A DNA stretch of 64,000 nucleotides from Oopsacas minuta (Eukaryota; Animalia; Porifera). The stretch covers positions 1 through 64,000 of the forward strand of contig JAKMXF010000336.1 in assembly GCA_024704765.1 (NCBI GenBank), read 5' to 3'. A program made the translations under genes and the position numbers. Below the pieces are notes generated by a model that saw only the letters and a list, made by a program, of their open reading frames with translations, searched no databases and was not told the DNA's origin. This document shows positions 54,000-64,000 of this stretch, one piece after another (position 1 is the first letter of the stretch; each line of letters starts with the position of its first letter).

Positions 54000-54225
54000 A
54001 CGAGCCTTTGGCTCGTTGCTTCGCGATTAACTCGGTGCATTGCGCCTCGAGGTATTCAACAGACAAACAAAAAGGATATCAACAATTAAGTTTTAATAAT
54101 AGTGATGTTGTTTATAATATTCAGATTCAGCATACTCGAGTATAGCAGTATAGTCGTTGAAAGTATGATTCTACAACAGTATTGAAATTTGTTTACTTTA
54201 TGTACCTAAAAGTAAACAAATATTC
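54000..54225 (-). mobile_element. Family H Helitron-like repeat (partial)
   Basis: acgagcctttggctcgt hairpin end plus internal homology. Confidence 0.5.
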
Positions 54226-54419
54226 ACAATAGTTATGAAGCAATCTTGTTCCTACACCCCAATCCCTAGAACGAGTGTGTAGTCAGCAGCGAGTCTCAGC
54301 GGTGAATTGTGCGGACAACTTAACGAATGTGAAGTTTAAGAGCTTGATGAAGATATGTAAAGTTTGCTGTATATATTCTCATAAAAGCAAGCATTTACTT
54401 GGCCGATTAACTTTATCAG

Positions 54420-54636
54420 GAATGCATTTACTGATGTTTTGAGAGAAGGAATTGTTTATGATAAAAATCAGTTGCCAACTTTGATTCTGAATGGAGAACA
54501 TGATGCCTTTGTCTCAACGAAAATGGCTGAAGGTCACGAGACATATGCCCATCGTATGGAGAGTAAAATTATATACTGTGGACATTGGATGCAGCAAGAT
54601 ATGCCTGTGGCGGTCAATAGGTTTATATGTCAGTTC
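54420..54636 (+). pseudogene. Epoxide hydrolase (EPHX3/4-like) terminal exon, cut by a hAT terminus at 54637
   Basis: Acceptor ctttatcag|G; (R)NAF..PTLILNGEHDAFV..IIYCGHWMQQDMP..VNRFI with the catalytic Asp/His region. Confidence 0.8.
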
Positions 54637-54849
54637 CAGGGCCGGAGAGCAGGGGCGGCAGGGGCGACCTGAGCCGCCCCACTTCGTATGTGATTCTCTT
54701 GGTACAGAAAATTTCCGTGCATGGTTCGTGATAATATTTTTGTGATCTTTTGAATAGTTTAGTTTTTGTATATTTGAGGAATATGTTTGGCACCGAGTTC
54801 AGCCTGGAGGATCTTCTATAGTATACTTACAATTTTGTTATATATTTCT

Positions 54850-55020
54850 ACGAGCCTTTGGCTCGTCGCTTCGCGATGAACTCCTTATTACGCATCGGGG
54901 TATCCATTGTTCTCCAAATTGACGACCCCTTTGAGTATTATAATATAGATATATTAAAACAATGTAATTCACAAATATGCGTATATGGCACACATATTAT
55001 TGAAATATTTTGTAAAATCA
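54850..55020 (-). mobile_element. Family H Helitron-like repeat (hairpin end fragment)
   Basis: acgagcctttggctcgtcgcttcgcg. Confidence 0.5.
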
Positions 55021-55196
55021 ACCCTATGGATCAGTTATTATTTGAAACGGTATTAAACTACCTAAGAACATGGAAGTGGACTTCATGCTAATTTTGTGAT
55101 TGAATGGACTTTTGTTTGAGTAATTATTCCTTTTCAACCGTCTGAACTTATTCATAATGATTTTAATAGTAAAAATCAATATTCTTAAATCACAAT

Positions 55197-55643
55197 TGTT
55201 GTATATTTGTTTGTCCGTTGTCAATGAAAAGATTTACACTTTGCAATTTTGAAATTGTTACATAACTATGGATTTATCGTGTTTATCCAGGAAGTAAATA
55301 GAATTCAATAAAAGTTAACTAAATATATCGAACATGCTGAAAAGGATTTTCAAAATTTTGGGTTAATCATATGTATATTTATTGAATATATCGTAAAAAT
55401 AATGAATTATCAAAATATTTGTAGAGACTGAGTACGCTGAATCCGAATTTCGTTTTCTACGTTTTTCATATCTAAATTTTGTTGTTTTTATGAATTTATA
55501 TAGTAAATAAATATAGTTAATATATATTTATTTATTCATTTTGCAATTTGTATACTTTGTCAAATCGAGGCACAAAGTGCCGAGTTACATGTGAACACAG
55601 ATTGTTCGCAAGGCGCGCAGCGCGAGCAAACGAAGCGGCTCGT
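55197..55643 (+). mobile_element. Family H Helitron-like repeat (opposite orientation)
   Basis: Starts tttgtttgtccgttgtcaa, ends gcggctcgt. Confidence 0.5.
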
Positions 55644-55802
55644 CTGGACGAGATGACATCACAAGATCGGTATGCTTTTAGCCTGTTTCATTACAAAATA
55701 TCAAAATGAAATTTACCAATATTCATCTATAACTATTAATGTTATGATCAAATAATCATTAATGCATATAGTATACAACCAATTTCACATACTTTGATTT
55801 CG

Positions 55803-57000
55803 GGATACAGACTTGTCGTGACAGGACCTTTCGTGACAGAGACTTTTAGTGACAAGATGGGTATATTTATACACATGGATATAGGTAATACTTTTCTATT
55901 CAATAAGTGTTGTGGTTACAGAAACAAGAGTACAAATAACCTAAATCAAAGAACTTTGAATCTTGAAGAGTAAAATGGTAAGAAATTCCTCTTAAGAATT
56001 CAAACTTTGGATTCAGCAAGTAATTTTGTAACAAATTTTGTAATGCCTTTTCTCTTTCTTCAATATATTTGCGTTTCGAAGGATTCCCCCACTTATATTA
56101 AACGCTTGTTTTACTTCAACCAACCCTTGTTCTCCATATAGAAGGATGGTGGCAGGATATGTGACAAGGAAATGAACGGTGCCAGGCATTAACTACATTA
56201 TGTGTTTGGTAACCCATGCTGAACCATGAAGTGGTTGTTCCACATTTCCATTGGAAATATTGGTGAGGACATGAAGGGGGGAATTAGCGATATGCCTACC
56301 AATATAAGTAGCTTCAAAGTATATTGCCTGGTCGTAAGCTTTCACAGGTAGTTGTAAGAAAAGACTATTGAAAAGTTCAGGTATGTCAGTAGAAATTGCA
56401 AACGCTAGTACAGATAGCATTCGCACTTTTATTGCAAATTCTACATCTAGCATATCTCTATGCTGCTAGTCCTAATTGTTAATTGTTGAACTTTACACCA
56501 GACATTTACATAAATGAAAGAAACAGCCTTGAAGCTTTTTAGTTAGGAAGTATTGTGAAAATGCATTAATGGAGGCTATTGCACAATCCACAATTAGATG
56601 TGTCGGGTAAGCGATTGGACATAATTCATGTACTTTGTTCAACATGTTTCCATATGTATATTCGGCCTAGTTTGCTAGCAATTCGTAGAGACATGGGAAA
56701 TACGACCAGTGAATATCAGATCCGGCCCTCCTTTCATAGCATGTATCATGTACAGTTGATAAAACAAACTGGGCACGGTTTTAAAGGTGCTATCAGCTAA
56801 CTAGACAGTTGCAGATGAGAGTAAATCCACATTAGCTTGAGTTCCGAAGATTACGATCCTCTGATTTCCACTTTGCGTGCCAGAATCGTAGAGTATAATT
56901 GTTGGCCCTTTTGTTTTAGTATAGCTTTCTGGTATCTCGAGATACTGTAGTGATAGTGGTTCAGGCGGAACGTTTTCGGCTATATTTCTGTTCTTCACTA
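55803..57000 (-). mobile_element. Degenerate MULE transposase relic
   Basis: ILYDSG..RIVIFGT, KGCFFHL, VRMLSVLAF..YFEATYIG; subrepeated TIR-like end near 55803. Confidence 0.75.
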
Positions 57001-57624
57001 TTAATCCTTCAAGCTATGTATTTTGGGTGCATGTACAGCTCGGCATTCACAAGAAATTTAGGAAAGAATTAGAGAATCAAGCAAAAATTGGAAAAATATG
57101 TACCATTTTTTGCAAATAATTGTCTAAAATTGCAATTTATGTATTTAAAACATTGAAATCCTGAATGGAAATCATTCCAGAATCTCAGGAATTATCACAA
57201 AGGGTGGGTAAACATGACATGAGTACATGAGTGATTGTGAAGCAGCTTCCTGACGCGTAGCTAACTAATAAGTAAAATGGGGTAAGGTGGGCTGTATCCC
57301 TAGGTATGGAGCAATCTACTTTCTAGAAGCTAATTCGCGAGCGCATCATAAATGTCTAGGATGACACCAGGGACAGTATAATGTACGGATATATGGTCAG
57401 CGAGCCTGAGGACTTACCTTCCAGAACACAAAATTAGTAAGAATGATAAATTACACATTAGTATTAAGAGGAACAGATAATGAATTGAATAATTAAGTGA
57501 GCAAACTCGAAATCATTGGGAAGGGGCGATAATTTCAATTCCATGGGCTGAGTCCCCGTAGCTACCATAGCCTCGCCACCCCAAGTAAATGAAGCTTGCT
57601 AGTAACCAATAGATATTAACTCAC

Positions 57625-58013
57625 CATCATAAACGGTACAATCTCAACAAGATCTAACATTACAGATTTTTCCTGAGCAGATCTAGTCTGTGCTGAGCTA
57701 TGCATCAGAGCTAGTTTATCATTTGAATAATTCAGAAATTTCTCCACTACAGAATGGAATAAATCCAAACTCTGAAAACAGATAACTCGGAATTGACAGA
57801 GGCCATCTTTAGCAGAGACAGTCTTCCCGTGATCAACACAAAGTTGACAGAATTTGATTATCACTAAACTCTGTTCATTCAATTTATCTCTGTGACGTTT
57901 ATTCCTGAGAACATCGAATAACTTCTATAGCATCGGCGTATTTCTCTACATCAATGAACTCATCTGCACGCTGTATAGCAGATTCAGGTTTACCAGAAAC
58001 CCGGTTTAGACAT
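57625..58013 (-). pseudogene. EIF3A: eIF3 subunit A first exon, frameshifted copy
   Basis: KPESAIQRADEFIDVEK..DVLRNKRHR..IIKFCQLCVDHGK..AKDGLCQF aligns to the eIF3a N-terminus; ends at donor ATG|gtgagt. Confidence 0.8.
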
Positions 58014-58453
58014 CTGAACTAAACTCAAGAGGTAATTACAAGTATAGTACAGTAGTCAAACTTGACATAAATTGATGGCAACCCCTGTATACATAATAGG
58101 GGCGCGTTAGCCAACTTTGTATAAGAAATAGCTTAACTTTAATGAGGAGCGTTCACATCTCATTTCATTTTTGGCCAAACACTAATGTAAAGGAGAGGAG
58201 CTAATGATATCTGAATTATGTGGAATATCGTATCGAGTTTTTAGAATAGCAATTTAACGTTATTCGCAAAACTAGAAATCGAGGGATAGTTCGGGCTCAT
58301 AGAAACCTTTTAAAATGAAGGAATCCTCTATAAGAGGTAAAATACAACCAGGAATAATACAAAATATGAGAAGAGTATACTTTGTTCAAATGTAAAAAAG
58401 AACTCAAAAGGAAACACAAACAAAGATATGAACACTAGTAAATAGAAAAATTA

Positions 58454-59302
58454 TCAAAAAATATTGAGATAATGTTCACCCCAATCACAAACAACAATAA
58501 CTCTTCCTCTGTTATCTACTGTAATACCGGTAGGATAACCTATAGATATCTTGTATATCAAATCAAATTGAGAGTTGAATACAGAAAGAGAGTTAGAATA
58601 ATAATCTGTAATAAGAATATTGTTAGAATTGTCAATATAGAAAAAATATGGACAATTCAGCTGTAATCCAATTCCTCTAGAAATAATACTCCTTTGTAAA
58701 ATAAGATTGTAGTTGTACAGATGAAGACAAAGATTAGATAGATCAAGAATATAAATGAATTGTTTTGTAAGTTTAACATCAAGAGGGTATTTGAGGTTTT
58801 CTTGTCCAAACTGTGTCTTATAGGTAAGTTCCTTGGACAGTATCTGAATACGATGATTATGAGAATCGCATATGTATACCTCTCCGTTAGATTCATCAAT
58901 TGTCAGACCACGAGGATAATCAAATTCCGATTCTCCTTTCCCAGGTTCCCCTATTATAGAAATAAACTTCCCATTCACTTGATAATTCAGAATACAGTCG
59001 TTTCTTTGTGAAATAAGAATTCTGTCTCTACATATAGCTAACCCATCTGGATGGTTCATCTTTCCTTCTCCTTCCTCATCTCCAAATTTTAACATAATCT
59101 TACCACTACAATCGAATACTTTCACACAATTATTCTCACAATCTGCTACATAGATATCTCCTGTAGAAATATCAATAGTCACTCCTCTAGGTCTTCTAAG
59201 ATTTTCTAGTCCCTTTCCCCATGTACAAACGCTGACGATAGGTTGTATCATTCTCTTATAGTCTACAGAGAATATTCTCTCCAAAGTATTAGCTGTAGCC
59301 AT
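58454..59302 (-). CDS. NHL-repeat beta-propeller protein, copy E (intact, 282 aa from ATG)
   Basis: Six blade-like repeats, no stops; no RING/B-box/coiled-coil seen. Confidence 0.9.
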   Translation of the reverse strand: MATANTLERIFSVDYKRMIQPIVSVCTWGKGLENLRRPRGVTIDISTGDIYVADCENNCVKVFDCSGKIMLKFGDEEGEGKMNHPDGLAICRDRILISQRNDCILNYQVNGKFISIIGEPGKGESEFDYPRGLTIDESNGEVYICDSHNHRIQILSKELTYKTQFGQENLKYPLDVKLTKQFIYILDLSNLCLHLYNYNLILQRSIISRGIGLQLNCPYFFYIDNSNNILITDYYSNSLSVFNSQFDLIYKISIGYPTGITVDNRGRVIVVCDWGEHYLNIF

Positions 59303-59645
59303 TAGTTCAGTTCTGTAACTAGAATAATGAAACAATTCAAATAATATAACTTATCTATTTGACTATAAGTAATGAGCTCTAACTATAAATACAAATCAAT
59401 ACAGAGACCTATACAGAGATATCAAATTTATATAATTATATGAATTTCAATAGAATACAGTATATTCTACTATTCTTTGACATTCTCGTATTTAGAGAAG
59501 TTATTCTCAGGACCCTGGGGTCTTGATAGCAAAATCCAAGGATCCTAGTGTCCTAACAATATTTCTGGGATCTCAAGGTTCCAGAGGTATCAAGTCAAAA
59601 TTTTATCCCAGGACCCTATAATTTCTAATGCAAATTTAACTTTAT

Positions 59646-60040
59646 TCGAGCCTTTGGCTCGTCGATTCGCGATGAACTCGGCGCATAGCGCCTCGAGCTA
59701 TTCAACGGACAAACAAACAGACAAATAACAATTCATATTTACGAATATGGATGTTGTTTACAATATTCAGACTCAGCATCCACTTTAGTTGTTGAAAGTA
59801 TGATTTGATCCCAATTTTGAAATTTGTGTACTAGAAAACAACATACATTTACATATGATTAATCCAAAAGTGTGAAAATCGGAATTCGCATGTTCGATAT
59901 ATTTTGTGAAGTTTTGTTGAATTCATATTACTACCTTTAATACACACGAAATTATGCTACAATTTCAAATTTGCATACCCTAAATCCTTTCCTTGACAAC
60001 GGATAAACAAACAGACAAATAAACAAACAAACAAACAACA
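59646..60040 (-). mobile_element. Family H Helitron-like repeat
   Basis: Hairpin end plus (CAAA)n end. Confidence 0.55.
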
Positions 60041-60554
60041 ATCTATATTATGAAATCTCAATGATTATTTGTCTGTTTGCTTGTTTCTTTCATTGTAACG
60101 ATTGACTGGACATTCTTTTCTTCACCTGCATAGAGATATTGATGTAGACATCAATGATTTGAAATATGAGTTTGGACGAATCAATCCAACGAGACTGCAA
60201 TTGTCTGACATTTTAGCTGATTGAGAAACATTAAAATAGTCATTACTAAGTTTGATTTATTATCAAAGTATAGCTAAATAAATTTCAATGTCAATCCATA
60301 TTAATTAGTATCCTTAAACACTCTTTACCAAATAACAATTTGAATTACATAACTCTGCGAGTTATTTATATTGTTTAAAGAAATTCAATAATTTGTACGA
60401 TAATCACATTCCGTAAAACATTCAAATCTCCTCTATTGAATGATATTAATCTCGTTAATTTTTTGACAAGTGAAAGTGTGTCAAATTAGTGACTGAAGTA
60501 AATATGCAAAATATATCAAATATGCTGAATCTGATTTCACACATTTGAATTCAA

Positions 60555-60807
60555 CATATCACAAAAATCTGACACAAGAAATTCTGAGTCAAAACTGACA
60601 TATAATAGTATTAACCTCTACAGGCATATCTTGCTGCATCCAACATCCACAGTTTATAATCTGATTCTGCACACGCTGGACATATGTCTTGTGACCTTCA
60701 ACCATTTTCGTTGATACAAAAGGATCATGTTATCCATTCAGAATCAAACTAGGCAACTGAATTTTATCATAACCAATTCCTTCTCTCACAAATCAGTAAA
60801 TACATTC
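60555..60807 (-). pseudogene. Epoxide hydrolase terminal exon, third copy
   Basis: Near-identical to 36545-36797. Confidence 0.75.
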
Positions 60808-61157
60808 CTGATAAAGTTAATAGGCTAGGGAAATGCACGCATTTGTGAGAATGTATACAGAAAAGTTTGCATATCTTCATCAAGTTTTGTTAAACTTCAC
60901 ACTCGTTAAGTTATGCGATAATTCACTGGTGAAATTCGTTGCTGACTTCACACTCGTTCTAGGGAATTGAGTTCTAGGAACAAGATTGTTCCATAACTAG
61001 GAGCTACAGCACTCTCAAACAGTAGAGGCCTACCTTCCCCCTGTATACCTACTAGCTAGCTACACGTCAGGAAGTTACTTAACAATGACGCCAGTACGAA
61101 TGTCACACTTACCCTCCTTTATGATAATTCATGGGATTATCTAAAGATTTCTTGGCA

Positions 61158-61960
61158 AGATACAACCTATAGTCAGTGTTTGTAATTGGGGAAGGGGATT
61201 AGAAGATCTTAATAGTCCAGAAGGAGTGACTATTGATAATTCTACTGGAGATATCTATGTCGCAGATTACTAGAAAAATTGTGTGAAAGTATTCGAAAAT
61301 AATAGTCAGATTCTGTTTAAATTTGGAGATGAGGAAGGAGAAGGAAAGATGAATCATCCAGAAGGGTTAGCTATATGTAGAGATAGAATTCTAATTACAC
61401 ATCAAAGCTGTATTCTCAATTATCAAGTTAATGGGAAATTTACTTCTAGAATTGGGAAGCCTGGGAAAGGAGAATTGGAATTTTATGATCCTCTTGGGCT
61501 GACATTCGATGAATCTAACGGAGAGGTATATATATGTGATTCTCATAATAATCGTATTCAGATACTGTCCAAAGAACTTACCTACAAGACACAATTTGGA
61601 CAAGATGACCTCAGATTTCCTCTTGATGTTAAACTCACAAAAGAATTCATTTATATTCTAGATCTATCTAATCCTTGTCTTCATCTGTACAACTATAATC
61701 TTATTCTACATAAGAGTGTTGTTCCTCGAGGAGCTGGATTAAAGCTGAATACTCCCAGGTTCTTCTATATTGACAATTCTAGCAATATTCTTATTACAAA
61801 TCATTCTGATATCTCTTTTGGCTCTATTTCTATATTCAACTCTCAATTTGATTTGATACAAAAGATGTCTATAGATTATCCTACCGGTATTACAGTAGAT
61901 AACAGAGGAAGAGTTATTGTGGTTTGTAAAGGATATAAACATTTCCTTATTTTTTGGTAA
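61158..61960 (+). pseudogene. NHL-repeat gene copy F (5' block and ATG deleted; stop ~61270)
   Basis: Begins at gcaagatacaacctatagtc (SKIQPIV); ADY*KN. Confidence 0.85.
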
Positions 61961-62406
61961 TTTTTCTATTTTACTAGTCTTTATACCTTTGTTTATGTTT
62001 CCTTTTGAATACATGTTTTTACATTTGAGCAAACTATACTCTTCCCATATTATGTATTATTCCTGGTTGTATTTCACCTCTTATAGAGGATGCCTTCATG
62101 TTATAACGACATCATACGCCCGAACTATCCCTCGATTTCTAGTTTTGCGATTAACATCAAATTGCTATTCTAATCGTTACGATATTCCACCTATTTCTGA
62201 TATCATTAGTTCCTCTCCTTTAGGGAGATGCACATTAGTGCTTGGCCAAAAAATGAAATGAGATGTGAGCGCTCCTCATTAAAGCTAAGCTATTTCTTAT
62301 AAAAAGTTGGCTCACGCGCCCCGATTATGTAGCAGAGGTTGCCATCAATTTAAGTCAAGTTTGACTACTGTACTATACTCGTAATATTCTCTTGAGTTTA
62401 GTTCAG

Positions 62407-62633
62407 ATGTCTAAACCTGGGTTTTCCGGTAAACCTGAATCTGCTATAAAGCGTGCAGATGAGTTCATTGAAGTAGAGAAATACGACGATGCTATAGAAG
62501 TTCTATTCGATGTTCTCAGGAATAAACGTAACAGAAATAAAGTGAATGAACAGGTTTAGTGATAATCAAATTCTGTCAGCTTTGTGTTGATCACGGGAAG
62601 ACTACCTCTGCTAAAGATGGTCTCTATCAATTC
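62407..62633 (+). pseudogene. EIF3A: eIF3 subunit A first-exon fragment
   Basis: MSKPGFSGKPESAIKRADEFIEVEKYDDAIEVLFDVLRNKRNR, frameshift, IIKFCQLCVDHGK..AKDGLYQF, then truncated. Confidence 0.82.
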
Positions 62634-64000
62634 TTGTAATTCACTTTTACTACGTATATTTGACTGCTGAAGTGTGTAATGATTTTACTCGCTGAGCTAA
62701 TTCCTGATTAACGCAATACAAGATTTAATTAGTTTGCAATATACAGTTACACCATTGTGGTATCAATGACAGCTCTGTAGTTAGTATAGCAAAGTATATT
62801 TAAGGAAGATTATAGATAACTCTTCTTAGAAGACTTATTACCTAACAAATTCTACAAACGGAAAATTCCTATCATTAATCACGACACAATGGTTACTACA
62901 AAGACTCGAGCAAACAACTTTTCAGCTTATACTTAACTAATACTTAGATCTTCCTTAGTTTTCTGTCCAATTAAGTATATACTAAGTATTGGTTAAGTAT
63001 ATGTGCATTGATGGAAACTTGGCAAAAACTAACTTAGTACTTAATTTCGAGTTAAGTTTAAGTTTTAGCTTAAGTTACGTAGTTTAGTGAATAAGGCCCT
63101 AGGGTCTAATATATGATACTCTCTATGAGTTATCAGCTCTCTCTGAATTACTACAACATCGTGCCATTACAATTATTTATACTGATAAAATGATTCACAG
63201 AACAATTCGATGTCTAGAAAACTTGATCGAGAATGGAGGGACTAGTTAGTGGAAAGAATATTCCGCGACAGATCTAATTCGCACAAACATATATTGTAAC
63301 GATTATATATCAGAATGTCAAAGCATGGAATATTCTGTATTCTACTATAAACTACCAGTTTGAAATTTCATGTAATTTTTGGAGATGATTGAAAAGGACT
63401 ATATTCGGGAAACTACCAAAGCATTAGACTATAAATAAGATTAAATCGATAGTATAAATGAATTTTGAAAAATTGAAAACATTTCAAGATGTCCATAAAT
63501 TACAAAAGTCTATAAATTACAAAAGTCTATAAATTACAAAAGTCTATAAATTACAAATGTCCATACATTTGTCAATGTGTGGACATTTTGTAATTTATCA
63601 CGAAATATTTGTACTATTTTGCCCGATAACGAGTTTGTCTTAGTTAAATCTTTCCAAAATCCCATATACGTTATTGCTTTTAGCACAATTTTTCGTACAG
63701 TGGAAGCTGCCTGATGGTCGGGCTAGGTAGGCCCTGTGCTCCACTTGATTTTGAGCTGCCCTCCCTTTTAATATAAGTATGCCCATTTGAACCACCTGTG
63801 ACGTAATTGTACCCTACCAGTAGCAGCTGACTAGCGCGCCTCTGTGTACAGTATTACATAACACTGCTCTAATTGTGTATTAATGGTTTTCTTACAACAA
63901 AACAGTCCAATAGTCTTCTCCGTTTCTTTCTTTATCAAATTCATTATAATACTTTATTGTCCTCAATTTATGTTCGTATGTATAGTTGCTCTGTTCTCTT

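Noticed and set aside
37420-61960. Diversity-generating retroelement behind NHL variation
   Set aside because: No reverse transcriptase or template repeat; changes involve all four bases, not only adenines.
62900-63630. Harbinger-like terminus (~63099) and 17-bp repeats (63490-63560)
   Set aside because: Only one end visible for each; elements could not be delimited.

Overview
AT-rich eukaryotic (animal) genomic DNA with spliceosomal splice sites; not prokaryotic. The NHL family recalls expansions I remember from glass sponges, but I cannot verify the taxon. Most of the window is DNA-transposon debris: hAT (Charlie-, ZMYM1- and ZNF862-type), MULE, pogo, Tc1, mariner, a bounded P/THAP element, Helitron, Ginger-like integrases and many MITEs, often nested. 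Host content: an intact terminal exon of COP9 signalosome subunit 2; an intact 327-aa coiled-coil ORF with a central hydrophobic segment; and six dispersed copies of an NHL beta-propeller gene (one intact). The NHL copies share a nearly invariant 5' block, but the codons predicted to form the ligand-binding face are hypervariable. They were amplified with an epoxide-hydrolase last exon and an eIF3a first exon. A degraded CRESS-DNA-virus Rep (SF3 helicase) fragment, missed by the ORF track, lies directly behind an orphan copy of the NHL 5' block. Assembly breaks occur at 19119, 20608 and 28411-28652.
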